Assembly (NCBI RefSeq): GCF_963921235.1
Contig: NC_086097.1
Span: 74,960,001 to 75,024,000 of the forward strand
Length of the DNA stretch: 64,000 bases
Source of the DNA: Mobula hypostoma
Taxonomy: Eukaryota
Direction: 5' to 3'
Made by a program: the position numbers and the translations under genes
The notes under the pieces: generated by a model
The model's input: only the letters and a program-made list of their open reading frames with translations
What the model was told of the DNA's origin: nothing
Databases searched by the model: none
Part shown: positions 37,781-50,930 of the stretch, in pieces
Numbering within the stretch: the first letter of the stretch is position 1
Layout of the letters: every line of letters starts with the position of its first letter

Positions 37781-40700
37781 GGTTTCAGCAAATCTGAGCT
37801 CAGAAACTGTGAATGTTAGTCAAGGCTTCTATTTTGATCATTATATAATGACCTTACTGAAAACTGTTTGTCAATGGATGTTGGATAAGGAGAAAAATGA
37901 GTTTGACTTCCTCATAAATATGCTTGAAAGAACTTCCCTCTCTAATGGTCCAAATGTTCAGATGACCTTGAAAGTTATTTGGTTCGATAGAGATTATTCA
38001 AATACAGTAATAGCTACTTGCACCATAAAGCAATTCACTTGAAGCATGTGTTCAATATTTTCATTACAAGAAGAAAGACATTTTCAAAGTTTCTTTTTCC
38101 ATTTGGTGCCTGGCTATTCACTTGTTTTAGCCTGACAGATTAAATCCCGTTTTCTGCAATCTCAATTATTTTCTTTACAATCTGTGACCAAATTTTTTGC
38201 AGAATGGTAAGTTAGGATATGCAGATAAGCTTTTGACACTGAATATATGGAAGTCTTTTACAGAACTCTGCATTACGTTGAAGGGATAATACTGTGCATC
38301 ATCTATAGCATTCTTAAAATATAACCTTTATTGTCAAGCTGGTAAAAATATCATCTTTTTTATTCTGCTGTCACAAAGAAGAAAAGAAATAATTATAATA
38401 GGTTTTTAGAATATTGCTTGAATTTACACCCATGAACTTAATTGTGGATTAGAATTAGATATTTTGTTTTGATGCCAATATTCATCTTATCACTTGAAAC
38501 AAAGCATGAAATTGACCTATATCTTGAAAGGTAAAATTTGCTTTAGCATTTGCATAAGTTCAATATTTTAATTTTAAAATCTTTAGAAATAATTATCAGT
38601 AAAATTGTAATTCAGATGAAAAGATTATGTAATTAATCTATTATTTGTTTAAAAGAGTCAGATTTTATTGTTAATGCAAAACAAGGCGATTTTCCAAGTC
38701 TGAGATTAAAGAAACATGTAATACAAAGGTGATTTCTGACTGGAAAAAAATTAAAGCAACCATTTATGTACAGTTTTATGATATGATGTTTTTTGTCAAT
38801 TTTTTGCCCTGGAACATTCACTGCTTGTGTCCTCTCTATATCTTTCTCTATTTATATTTTAACAGTAGACATTTTGAATGCAGAGTGCCTGAATATCAGT
38901 GCATAATCTTCTGAACATTTTGTTTTTAATATTCGGTAGTAGTTAATTATTAAAACTAGGTATTTGAATTATAAATATACTAGTTATGCCATAGTAGGAA
39001 GAGCAGCCACATAGCCTCAGGCAAAATACTTCCAGTATCCATTATCCTCCTGCCTTCATTATGCTGCCTCCTACCTTTATGTCTTTTCTAAAAACACAGA
39101 GACATCCTTTCAAACTAACCTTCCCCCTCCCTTGCCCCCCCACCACAGTATTTCACATTCCCCCCCACCCCTCCACTGCCACCAAAATCACAAACCCTTC
39201 TCAATATGTATGGAGGCCATTTCCTTGAAGTGGGATGTCATACTTGTCCTAAATATAATAAATTGCTGTCTTCAAGGCATTTCTGCATCTAACACACTCC
39301 CCCAGAATTCTGCCTGGTCTTTTTGAATCTGCTGGGCTAGATGTCAGAAATCATACTGCGGAAAGCGATATACAAGGAATTATTAACATTGTCAGGAATG
39401 AGCCAACTAAGTAAAAACAGCAACAAGGAAAGGAAATGCTGTTGATGTAGCAGAAACAAGGAGCAGTAAGTGAAGAGTAACCTGAACCTAGTTTGCTTTA
39501 TCATGCTTCCATTTCAAACCTAAAGAGACAGTAAGAAAAGGATTGCAGAAAACATGTCAGCCAGTAAAAGATTCAGCAATGAAAAACTCGCTCTCTTAAG
39601 TAGCTTACATTTGTATTGATTTCATTGTCTAATTTTTGAAAATAAAGATGGAATTCTTGGAATGCCAAATGTTTGATATGGAGAAGTGTTGCACAATTAG
39701 ACCAAGACATAAAATCTGTGCACATAATTCTTTTGAAGATGTTCCACCACTCTTTCACCTTGACTATCATGTTGAACACATAACAGGAGTAAGTTGATTG
39801 ATTTGCCCAATTCTGTATTGTTCAGCATTTTTCTTTTTGGAAAAAAAGAGCTGTTTAAACATTTACTTGGATCATCCGACTGTGCAGAAAAATATGAATG
39901 ATATCACATTTTCTGATATAGTATATCATATATTTCTTTAAAGTCCATTGTAGTATTTTCAGTGATATTACACAAAGCTATTGAGAATTTACCAGAAAGC
40001 AGTTTACTTAAAATAATGCACTATCTCTTTCGTGGCAGTTATACGATGTTTTATAATGTCTGGTTTTCTTGAAATAGTACTTATTGAAAATTCCTTCAGT
40101 TCTCAGTCTCATGATTTTTCTCACTCTCATTGCTTTAAGTGCATGAAAGTCAAGGAGATATTCGTGTATTTGATGGGAACTAAATAGCAATATCTTTTAG
40201 TCATTATGTGACAATCAAATGCTTGAAAATGGAGGCCAGGGTGCATGCACACATTTGGGGGAATGTTGCAAAACAGAATCTTGATGAAGGGGCTTGTCTT
40301 TGCCTATTAATGAAGAGCCTGAAATGCAGACAGGTTTTGATGTTCATGAATGCACAACACTAATTTGATGACACATACTCCACTTTGTGTTAACTTTGGA
40401 CAGCTGAACACAATGTTCAATGGAATGAAGGGCCTTGCTATCACCATTTACAGTAATACTAGTGGGTGAAAATAGAACATGCTGGAAACTCTCAGCAGTT
40501 CAGGCAGTATCTGTGTAAAGGATCTTTCATCAGATCTGGAAAAGTGACAAACATAACAAAGGCTAAGTCAGAGCTATGTAATGTAGGTCAGATCTGCTGC
40601 AGAGAACTGTAGTCAAATGTAGGAAATGCTCAGGAGATGAGGCAGAGCACATGGAGAGTGGAAGTGCTGTGGCAATTCTCCAGCTGGCTTACATTCCAAC

Positions 40701-41059
40701 AGAACTAGCCTCTTCTAATGCAGATAGAGAAAGCACCACACCTCCTTCTTGAATTCAACTTTAAGTCTTAATATTACAGAGCACTCAGAAGGAGATGAGG
40801 TCCTACTCCTTTGGGTTATGCTGTGCCTCATCAGAATATGACTTACAGTTTACAATGGGCTGGAGAATTAAAGTAACAAGCTGTTGGAAGCTTGGGTCAC
40901 TGCTGCAGATTAATCAAAGGTGCCCCAGGAAGTTGTTGTTCAAGCTGCATATGTGCACTCTTATATACAGGAGACGACTGGATTGGAAGAGGTGGAAGAG
41001 AATTGATGCTTTACTTTTCATGAAAGTGATCCTCCTAAATTGAAGGGGGTCATGCATGA

Positions 41060-43365
41060 TTGCAAAGGGAGCTGGAAAGGTCATGTAATAAGGGTAATGT
41101 CACAATTGTAATGGGGTACTTCAATATGCAAGGGGACTGGGAAAATCAGGTTGGTGTTGAATCATAAGAGAGGCAATTAGTTGAATGCTGATGAGATGAC
41201 TTTTTAGAGCAGCTTCTGCTTGAGCCTACTCAGGGAAAGGCAATCTTAGATTGTGTGTTGTGTAATAACCCAGATCTTTTTATGGAGCTTAATGTAAAGG
41301 AACCTTTAGGAGGCAGTGATGATAATATGATTGAAGTCATACTGCAATTTGAGAGGGAGAAGCATAAGTCACATATATCAGTATCACAATGGAATAAAGG
41401 GAATTACAGAGGTGTGAGAGAGGAGCTTGCCTGGATGGATTGGAGGAGGATACTGGCGGGGATGATGGCAGAACACAGGTGGCTGAAGTTTCTGGGAATA
41501 GTTCACAAGGCAGAGGATAAATATGTCCCACAGAAGAAGAAGTTCTCAAATGGCAGGGGTAGGCAACCATGGCTGACAGGGAAAGTTAAGTATGGCATAA
41601 AAGCCAAGGAAAGAGCTTATAAGGTAACAAAAATGAGTGGGAAATTGGATGATTGGGATGCTTTTAAAAGTTACAAGAAGGGAAAAGATGAAATATGAGG
41701 TAAACTAGCCAATAATATACAGCAGGATACTAAAATTTTTTTTCAGTTATATAAAGAGTGAAAGGGAGGGGAGAGATGATATTGGACCACTGGAAAATAA
41801 TGCTGGTGAGGTAGTAATGGGGGACAAAGAAATGGCAGATGAACTTAATGGGTACATTGTATCAGTCTTCACTGTGGAAGACATTAACATTGTGCCAGAG
41901 GACCATGAGAGTCAGGGAGCAGGAGTGACTGCTATTATGGGAGTGAGTGCCATTCCTATTACAAAGGAAAAAGTGATAGGCAAACTCAAAGGTCTTAAGG
42001 TGGATAAGTCACCTGGACCAAATGGACTACAACCCAGAGTCCTGAGAGAGGTTGCTGAAGAGATAATGGATGCATTGGCCATGATCTTTCAAGAATCACT
42101 TGATTCTGGCATGGTCCGGGAGGACTGGAAAATTGCAAATGGCACTCCACTCTTTAAGAAGGGAGGAAGACAGAGAGAAAATTATAGGCCAGTTAGCCTA
42201 ACCTCAGTGGTTGGGAAAGTGTTGGAATCTATTATTAAGGACAAGGTTTCAGGTACTTGGAGACTAATGATAAAATAAGACAACATCTGCATGGTTTCTG
42301 TCAAGGAAATCTTGCCTGACAAATCTATTAGAATTCCTTGAGGAAGTAACAAGCAGGGTAGATAATGGAGTCAGTGGATATCATTTACTTAGATCTTCAG
42401 AAGGCATTTGATATGGTGCCTCACATGAGGCTGCGTAACAAGGTAAAATTCTATGGTGTTACAGAAAAGATACTGGCATGGATCGAGGACTGGCTGAAAG
42501 GCAGGAGGCAGTGAGTGGAAAAAAAGGGGGCGTTTTCTGGTTGGTTGCCAATGACTAGTGGTAATCCTCAGGGGTCTGTATTGGGGCTGCAACTTCTCAC
42601 ATTGTTTGTCATTGATTTAGATAATGGAATTGATGGCTCTGTAGCAAAGTTTGCGGATGATCCGAAGGTAGGTGGAGGGGTAGGTAGTGCTGAGGAAGCA
42701 TTGCGAGTGACAAATTAGACAAATTGGAAGAATGGGCAAAAGAAGTGGCAGATGGAATACAGTGTGGAGAAATGTATGATAATGCAATTTGGTAAAAGGA
42801 ACAATAGTGCAGACTATTATCTAAATAGGGAGAAAGTTCAGTAATTAGATGTGTAAAGGGATTTATGAGTCCTCATGCAAGATGCCCAGAAAGTTAATTC
42901 ACAGGTTGAGTCCGTGGTAAAGAAGGCAAATGCAGTGATGGCATTTGCTTTGGGGCTGTACTCACTGGAAGTTAGAAGAATGCAAAGGTATCTTGTTGAA
43001 ACCTGCTGAATTTTGAAAGGACTATGTAAGGTGGATGTTTCCTCTGGTGGGGGTATCCAGAACCAGAGAGCACAGCCTCAAAATTGAGGGGTGACCTTTT
43101 AGAACAGAAGGAAGGAGGAATTTATTTTTAGTCAAAGAGTGGTGAAACTGTGGAATACTCTGCCACAGACTGCAGTGGAGGCCAAGACTGTGGGTATATT
43201 CGAAGCAGAAGTTAATAGTTTCCTGATGGGTTGGGGCATCAAGGGATGTGGTGAAGGGCAGGTGTATGGGGTGGAATGGGATCTGGAATCAGCCATGATG
43301 AAATGGCGGAGCAGACTTGATGGGCTGAATGGCCTAATTCTGTTCCTATGTCTTATGGTGTTATG
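41060..43365 (+). mobile_element. Degenerate CR1 ORF2 and 3' end
   Basis: ORF remnants 41255-41698, 41817-42278 (KSPGPNG, NYRPVSLTS) and 42515-42718 (PQGSVLG, KFADD). CR1 3' hairpin and TCTTATGG tail. Confidence 0.85.
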
Positions 43366-43802
43366 ATTTATTTTAAAGTGGTAAAGCCATTGTACACCTA
43401 TGAAAGCATAGCTTTGATAGAATGCAGAGACTGACTGCAGGCATTTTTGGAACTTAATGGTGCTCATATACCATTGTGTGTCTTAGGTTATGACAGAGTA
43501 AGGTTGCAGACCTGGGTAGCCTAGTAGATATTTCTCTGATTGTTGAGTAAGATTTGACAGAATAGACTAACCTACCAGAAGAGGAAGTGGGAGAAAAGGA
43601 AGAAAGACTTTCAGTCAGAGGCCCTATCTGCCAAAGATATCTAATGAGCAAGTTCCAAGACTCAGCTTCTGTCAAAAACAATACACAGGGTCCTTTCTTG
43701 GATACAGAGATTACAACCTAAATCTACTTAATTACAGCCACAACTACCATTTCTGAGCAGGCCTGTGGCTGCTGCCATGACCATGTCTTTGCTTTTATCC
43801 AT

Positions 43803-44214
43803 ATATAACCATATAACAATTACAGCATGGAAACAGGCCATCTCGGCCTTTCTAGTCCGTGCCAAACTCTTACTCTCACCTAGTCCCACCGACCCGCACT
43901 CAGCCCGTAACCCTCCATTCCTTTCTTGTCCATATAGCTATCCAATTTAACTTTAAATGACAACATCGAACCTGCCTCAACCACTTCTGCTGGAAGCTCG
44001 TTCCACACAGCTACCACTCTCTGAGTAAAGAAGTTCCCCCTCATGTTACCCCTAAACTTTTGCCCTTTAACTCTCAACGCATGTCCTCTTGTTTGAATCT
44101 CCCCCACTCTCAATGGAAAAAGCCTATCCACGTCAACTCTATCTATCCCCCTCATAATTTTAAATATCTCTATCAAGTCCCCCCTCAACCTTCTACGTTC
44201 CAAAGAATAAAGAC
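43803..44214 (-). mobile_element. Relatively young CR1 3' fragment
   Basis: Uninterrupted ORF2 C-terminus GLYSLERRRLRGDLIE..FFTQRVVAVWNELP. ATATAACC tandem tail. Confidence 0.85.
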
Positions 44215-44734
44215 CCATCTGGCTCCTTCAGGTGGTTGCCAGCCAACTAAGCGATGTTTCACAGTTTGAAGAACTCCCTGGCAGCCTTTTTTTTCCTGAG
44301 AGAGTCTGTTACATCTCATTTATCCATACATGAGACAAGCAAGTGGATCAAGCATGCACTATACTTGCATTGATTGGAAGTTTCCTTGTGGTCAGAGTGC
44401 CACTCTGCACAGAGATTGCATGATGATGCTGTACTGAAGAGTGTCCTTTTCATGGACTTGAAGTACTCACTGTCAGTATGCAGCCGACGAGGGGCAACTG
44501 ATAGTAAATGCACCATAAAGGGGAGTTCCTGTTATTCATGCAGTAATCACCTTCGGTCTATAGCGGTGCTTTGTGTTGGCAGTATTTGGCCCTCCGTTGT
44601 ATATTTAAAATAGCTTCTGAGCAACCAAGAGCAGTCTACTTTTAAGGTGGCTCATGTTATTGCTCTGGATTCAACAGACTCATAAATAATATGCGTGTAA
44701 AAGGAGTCATACTGTCACAAGGAGCATTATTGAG

Positions 44735-45228
44735 TGCAGTAAAGACTTTATTTCTTACATCCTTCACAAACGCGAGGAGTAAAAATCTTTACATTACGTC
44801 TCTGTCTGAATGTGCAATGTGCAAATTATAGTAACTTGTTATAAATAGTATGTACAGTAAGATATACAACAGAATAGTCAATATAGCTTAGAAATACAAT
44901 TGCGTCAGCGTGAATTAATCAGTCTGATGGCCTGGAGTCAGTTGGTCCTGGCTTTAATGCTGTGGTACAGTTTCCCGGATGGTAGTAGCTGGAACAGTTT
45001 GTGGTTGGGGTGACTCGGGTCCCCAGTGATCCTACAGGCCCTTTTTATGCACCTGTCTTTGTACATGTCCTGAATAGTGGGAAGTTCACATTCGCAGATG
45101 CACAGGGCTGTCCACACCACTCTCTGCAGAGTCCTGTGATTGAGGGAAGTACAACTCCCATACCAGGCAGTGATGCAGCCAGTCAGGATGCTCTCAATTG
45201 TGCCCCTGTAAAAAGTTCCATGAATTTG
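44735..45228 (-). mobile_element. Rex1/Babar 3' fragment
   Basis: FYRGTIESILTGCITAWYG..DPSHPNHKLFQLLPSG (ORF 44938-45297). Confidence 0.8.
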
Positions 45229-45299
45229 TGGACTCATGCCAAAGGCATGGTCAGGAAATGTTCTGACTGTTGCGGCACTACACTGCATGCTCTGCAAGA

Positions 45300-45595
45300 C
45301 AAGGGAATGAAAATCTTATCTTTCTCTTCCCTTTAGAAGAGAGATGAGGAGGGATTTGTTTAATCAGAGAGTGGTAAATCGATGGAATTATTGCCACAGA
45401 TGGTTGTGGAGGCTAAGTAATTGGGTATATTTAAGTGGAGGTTGATAGGGTCTTTATTACTAAGCATGTCGAAAGTTTATGGGGGGAAGGCAAGAGAATG
45501 GGGTTGAGAGGGTTAATATATCAGCCATGATCGAATGGTGGAGCAGAATTGATGAGCCAAATGATTCAATTCTGCTCCTAGGTCTTATAGTCTTA
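45300..45595 (+). mobile_element. CR1 3' fragment
   Basis: CAGAGAGTGGT..TGGAA and CAGCCATGATCGAATGG..GTCTTATAGTCTTA, matching the other CR1 3' ends in the window. Confidence 0.75.
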
Positions 45596-45751
45596 CTGTA
45601 CCCTCAATAATAAATAAAAACACTGGAAAATGCACGTTTTAGTCTTCTTCCTCTTCCTTCTCTGATGTTGTAGATCCCAATTCTTTGTTATCTAAGATAA
45701 AATGAAGGGACCAAGGTTTGGGTTGCTTTTGGGGTTGGGGGAAGGGAGGAA

Positions 45752-46272
45752 GCCACACTCAGGTTTGAGGAACAACACCTTATATTCCATCTGGGTAGCC
45801 TCCAACCTGATGGCATGAACATCGACTTCTCTAACTTCCGCTAATGCCCCACCTCCCCCTCGTACCCCATCCGTTATTTATTTTTATACACACATTCTTT
45901 CTCTCACTCTCCTTTTTCTCCCTCTGTCCCTCTGACTATACCCCTTGCCCATCCTCTGGGTTCCCCCTCCACTTTTCTTTCTCCCTAGGCCTCCTGTCCC
46001 ATGATCCTCTCATATCCCTTTTGCCAATCAACTGTCCAGCTCTTGGCTCCATCCCTCCCCCTCCTGTCTTCTCCTATCACTTTGGATCTCCCCGTCGCCC
46101 TCCCACTTTCAAATCTGTTACTAACTCTTCCTTCAGTTAGTCCTGACGAACGGTCTCGGCCTGAAACGTCGACTGTACCTCTTCCTAGAGATGCTGCCTG
46201 GACTGCTGCGTTCACCAGCAACTTTGATGTGTGTTGCTTGAATTTCCAGCATCTGAAGAATTCCTGTTGTTT
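45752..46272 (+). mobile_element. Penelope-like element 3' end (endonuclease C-terminus, pyrimidine-rich tract, pLTR)
   Basis: Encodes EEQHLIFHLGSLQPDGMNIDFSNFR-stop (about 45766-45844). The pLTR is the same family as at 6269 and 31677. Confidence 0.85.
46139..46174 (+). ncRNA. Minimal type I hammerhead ribozyme motif
   Basis: AGUC-CUGACGA-ACGGUCUCGGCCU-GAAAC-GUC^GACU: intact core with a GUC cleavage triplet and stem I AGUC/GACU. Confidence 0.7.
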
Positions 46273-46334
46273 GCGGACAAAAAAGGTGCATGTTTATACT
46301 GTCAGCAGCCTGTGTGCAGAAAAGATTGTGGGAT

Positions 46335-47003
46335 CAGGATTAGAATTAGGTTTAATATCAATGGCAAACTGTATGTCATGAAATATATTGTTTTACAGTA
46401 CATTAAATAAATAGTGCAAGAAGAGAACAGAAGAATAAAAATAGTGTTATATACTGCACATGGGTTCATTGTCCATTCAGAAATCTGATGGTGGTGGGAA
46501 AGAAGCTGTTCCTAAAACATTGAGTGTGTATCTCCAGGCTCTTGTACCTCCTTCTTGATGGCAGCAATGAAGAAGGCATGCCCTGGGTGATGAGGGTCCT
46601 TAATGACAGATGCCTCCTTTTAGAGGTGGCCTTGATGCTGGGGATGCTCGTGCCTATGATGGAGCTGGCTGAGTTTACTGCTTTCTGCAACTTTTTCTGA
46701 TCCTGTGCCGTGGTCCCTCCATACCAGATGGTGATGCAATCAGTTAGAATGCTCTCCATAGTACATCCGTAGAAATTTGCAAGATTGTTTGCGGACATAC
46801 CAAGTCTCCTCAAACTTCCAATGCAGTATAGCCATTGTCATGCCTTCTTTGTAATTGCATCAATATGTTGGGCGCAGGATAGATCTTCAGAGATGTTGAC
46901 ACCCAGGATTTGAAACCGCTCACCCTTTCTACTGCTGAAGCCTCGATGAGGACCAGTATGTGTTCCCCTGACATCCCCTTCCTGAAGTCCACAATCAGTT
47001 CCT
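46335..47003 (-). mobile_element. Rex1/Babar 3' fragment
   Basis: RRLGMSANNLANFYGCTMESILT..FRNSFFPTTIRFLN (46466-46813), with its tail at about 46335-46380. Confidence 0.8.
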
Positions 47004-47889
47004 TACATGATCATCCATTGCCCTAGTTTCAGTTTTCCACCCACTTCTGACAGTTGTTTTTAACTCGTGGCAAAATTGGGGTAACCTGTGCAGCCTGTGA
47101 ACAACACAGGTAGCAACAGCTGGATACGGAAATCATTTATAAAAATAACTGCAATGCAATGTATTATATTCATTGGGATGTTTTTCCCTATATAAATCAT
47201 ATAATGAAATTTCAATGCCTTTTTTGAAAATTAGCCAATTCAACCTCCATTATTTTATACACTCAAGCTTCACAGTAAGCCTTTATTCCCATAGAAATTA
47301 ATTGAAAAATATTGGCTAAAATAAATCTGCTGGCTAAACGTCTCTAAATTTGCAAATCAATACTTTGAAGGGAAAATGTTGCTCCTATTCCCTAACAGAG
47401 TTCTTTTTAAACTGATCATAAACACTTCAGATTTAAATTATATTTTTGTACCACAGGTGAACAGTTAAGGTAAAATCAATTGTAATTGGATTTAATAGCT
47501 GGGAGTAAGGCTCGAGTTTTTCATTAGCTGAATAATTTTCTGTTACTGTCTTAAATAGGTTTCTTTTTGAAGACTTTTGGATGCTTGGTGGTTTATACAT
47601 TGATTCTTGTGTAATCTTGCAGTCACCAGCACCGGAAGAGATGATGGTTTAAAACTAAAGAGTGTGTGTTCTGAATTCTCAGAATCTTTGCTAGTCACTC
47701 TGTAGCATAAGTACCTTTTGCTCTAACATAGTTACCACTTGTAGCTATATGTAAAATGACCACCTCTAATATTCAGAGGCAGCTTAAGAACATAAAACTG
47801 TGACTGTTGTGTTCTTTATATTAATACGTACTGTGGGTTTCTAATAATAAAACATATTCTGGAAGAATAGAACTAGAACTTTTACTTAC

Positions 47890-47907
47890 AACAGCAACAG
47901 CAACCAT
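47890..47907 (-). CDS. Candidate first coding exon (MVAVAV), gene unknown
   Basis: Minus strand AAAAAC-ATG-GTTGCTGTTGCTGTT|GTAAGT: strong Kozak context (A-3, G+4) and a consensus GTAAGT donor, about 40 bp from a promoter-like cluster. No downstream exon identified. Confidence 0.4.
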
Positions 47908-47944
47908 GTTTTTAACATACAAGTTTCTAGATCATTGTCATTTC

Positions 47945-48010
47945 TGCGCATGCTCCGAACTCTGTCCAATCATGTTCTTACACGTGACACGTGATATCAC
48001 CACGGTAACT
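47945..48010. promoter_or_regulatory. Promoter-like motif cluster
   Basis: NRF1-like TGCGCATGCTC (47945-47955), CCAAT (47966-47970), tandem E-boxes CACGTG-A-CACGTG (47981-47993) and RFX X-box-like ATCACCACGGTAAC (47996-48009). CpGs are locally retained in CpG-poor unique DNA. Confidence 0.55.
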
Positions 48011-48184
48011 ATCGTTGATCTTGCGAAGCAATTGTGAAAAACTCTAGGATATCAGATTTGCAATCAGATCTGGAACATTGAATGGATCATCCCTGGAGCT
48101 CAGGCCAGATTTGCATGTTAAAGAAAATTAACTTGCTTTTGAACCAAACAAATTGATAATTATTATCATGTTTTTACCAAAGTA

Positions 48185-48415
48185 TAGACCGTAAGACCAT
48201 AAGACAAAGGAGCAGAAGTCAGCCGCTTGGCCCATCGAGTCTGCTCTGCCATTTTATCATGAGCTGATCCATTCTCCCATTTAGTCCCACTCCCCCGCCT
48301 TCTCACCATAACCTTTGATGCCCTGGCTACTCAGATACCCATCAATCTCTGCCTTAAATACACCCAATGACTTGACCTTCACTGCCGCCTGATTCATCAC
48401 TCTCTGGCTAAAAAA
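48185..48415 (-). mobile_element. CR1 3' end fragment
   Basis: AGACCATA tandem tail and GGAGCAGAA..GCCCATCGAGTCTGCTC, the reverse of the CR1 3' hairpin. Confidence 0.75.
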
Positions 48416-48856
48416 ATTTAAAATAATTCCTGCTTTTGTTCAATAGGTATTTTGTGGCATTGTAAGTTCCTTCATTAGTGCTGGAAATAATACCTGGTAC
48501 AATACCATCTTATTCTTAATTACCCCATTCATTTAATTTCCAGAGGGTGATTATTTCAAAATCACCCGGTAAGTTCTGTAACATATTAAATAATGTTATT
48601 ATCAGGGAAAAACCATTTAGTCAGAATCGGTGAATAACACTGTGGGATATCAGTGAGGCAAAACAAAAGGTCAATATGCACAAGCAACATTAGAACAAGG
48701 ATAATTAAATGACCTTTACCTGATATTTCATTATCTTCCTTGAGAAAACATGGACTATGGACTTTGGCCAATTTCACTGTGATGGAACTCATGTGCATGC
48801 TTAATTCTGTCTTGTCATGTGAATATACAAAAGATTTTTAAAAACTCATGATAGTA

Positions 48857-49050
48857 TTACAGTAACAGCGACCTGGGTTCAAATCCACCACTGTCTTTAA
48901 GGAGTTTGTACGTTCTCCCTGTCACTGTGTTGGTTTTCTCCCAAATTCCAAAGACATATGGGTTGGTAGTTTAGAGGTCAAATGGGTGTAATTTCGTGGC
49001 AATGGGCTTATTGGGCCAGAAGGGCTGTTATCGTGCTGTATCTCGAAATG
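48857..49050 (+). mobile_element. HE1/V-SINE-like SINE, partial
   Basis: B-box-like GGGTTCAAATCC, AAGGAGTTTGTACGTTCTCCC core and GGGCCAGAAGGGCTG..GTGCTGTATCTC tail. Confidence 0.7.
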
Positions 49051-50604
49051 AAAAATAATTAAGTCCATCCCATTCAGTTGCTGTTCACTCATGATAATTC
49101 TGAAGTCCCTCTGGGAAGAAACAAAGAGCAAGAGATAATCAAGCAAGCTCTTCATGACTGTATTGCCCTTGATTCAGCACAACCAAGAAGCAACATACCT
49201 TAGGCAGTTTTCAGATTTTCTTTTTAAATTACTTCAACTCTTTATACATCGCACATCTCAGAACTTTGTTCCAGTTGATGGTTTTCAGCAAAAAATGGCA
49301 ATATTGACAAGGTTTGACATTCATTTCAGCTGATGAATCTGAGATGCAATTAAACAGAAATTATGACCAGAAATCTTCTTGCTGGTGGGGACAGGTGGTT
49401 GCTAGGTGATGATGTTTCTGCTGCCATACCCCCCAATGGATCTGGCAATTTAAATGCACTTATTTTCCGAATTAAGAAGGAGCAGTTTAAGATCGAGTCT
49501 GGTGGATAGCATGCACTCGTTTAGACAACACGTTACCCTAAGCTTTTCAATAGGCATACTGGATCAAAATACAAGTGTGTCGACTCTGAACTGTCGACCT
49601 CAATTTTGTATTTTCAATGTACTTCACTATCGGCAGTCAAAGTGCTTCTCCCCTTTAAGAGATGGTAGTTCCTTCAAAGAAGGCTGACCTTGCCCTTCCA
49701 AGCTTGACCACACATGCATTGTATGACATGATCACAACATGCACCCTGTGTGTGGTTATATCTCAATATCTTCCCAGCATTGCTCTCTGTGTCTAATTCA
49801 GCAGAGGACAAAAGTTGTAGTTGGGACTTTCTTGATCTGTAGGATTGAGTAACAAACCACTTTGTTCATTTCCTTACTGTAGTATCAAGGGAACAACTGC
49901 CAGCATTCCTTACAATAAATCCTGATATCATTCTACATTTTCTGGCATCTTCAGAGACTAGTACTGGCTGGGGGCAGATGATAGACAATGTTTGAAGACA
50001 ATAATCATAGATTGCAGAATGTGGACAGATATGCAGTGGGGAATATCAAGCCAGTGAGAGTTAGCCATGCACCATCTTAATTATAATAAAATTTAAAAAA
50101 AATTTGTTTTCTTCATAATGATAGGCATAACAGCAAAATTATTTATTTAAAAGCTTATTTTAAGGAATCATGTAAAGTATTGTTAATTATATTGCTGTAG
50201 CCTGTGGAACAGAAGTATATGCAATTTTAATATAACTTTTATTTTGTTTTGTAAGTATATAGTTAGTGCTGTGTTTATTTTGATATATATTCATACCAGT
50301 TGAGACTATGTTTTCAATTTAGACGAATTCAAAACTATATTTTCCTCCCTTACAGCAGATATATAGAAATAAGGTTTAAAACTATAAGAAAGAGCACTGC
50401 CAGCTGTAACACTAATCTGTGCAGGCAACAAGGTTCCTGGTTTAATGAGGTAACCGACCTTAATCAGGAGAGTAGGCATGCTACAATTGACCTCAATGCC
50501 CTTGGGTAGGGTGGTAAATAATTGGAAAATTTAGAACCTTGACTGCTATGTGAGTTCTGCTGGAACTGTGTATGTATGGACAGGGATGTTCTTGCCAGGT
50601 TGGG

Positions 50605-50930
50605 CTCATTTAGTAGTGTTCCGGACTTAAAGTTGTGGGCTCAAGTTTACTCTAGACTCTAGGGAGTGTGTGCCCTGCATTGTCAGATGCCATTTTAAAC
50701 CCAGATCATGTTTGCAGTCTGGTGGATGCTGAAGATTCCAACAAATATATGAGTGAGGCGAAGCTGTTAACTAATCCTATCCTGTCTAACAACATGGCTT
50801 ATTCAGGATTATGGAAACAGGGTGTCTGGTTATTATCTCATTGTCATTATTACTTGCTTGTTAAGTGAACTGTTTCTTTACACATAAAGCAAATTGAGGT
50901 GTGAAAGGTTCAACATAGATGCTTCGTTTG
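50605..50930 (+). mobile_element. Highly decayed Deu-domain SINE (SacSINE1/AmnSINE1-like)
   Basis: Colinear blocks GTTGTGGGCTCAAG, GGGAGTG..CTGCATTGTCAGA, GGTGGATG..AAGATTCCA, TCTGGTTATTATCTCATTG and GAGGTGTGAAAGG. Recognised from memory of the consensus. Confidence 0.45.

Noticed and set aside
39573..39815. Minus-strand open frame ending at a GTAAG donor, as a possible exon 2 of the MVAVAV gene
   Set aside because: Poor acceptor and an unrecognisable peptide.
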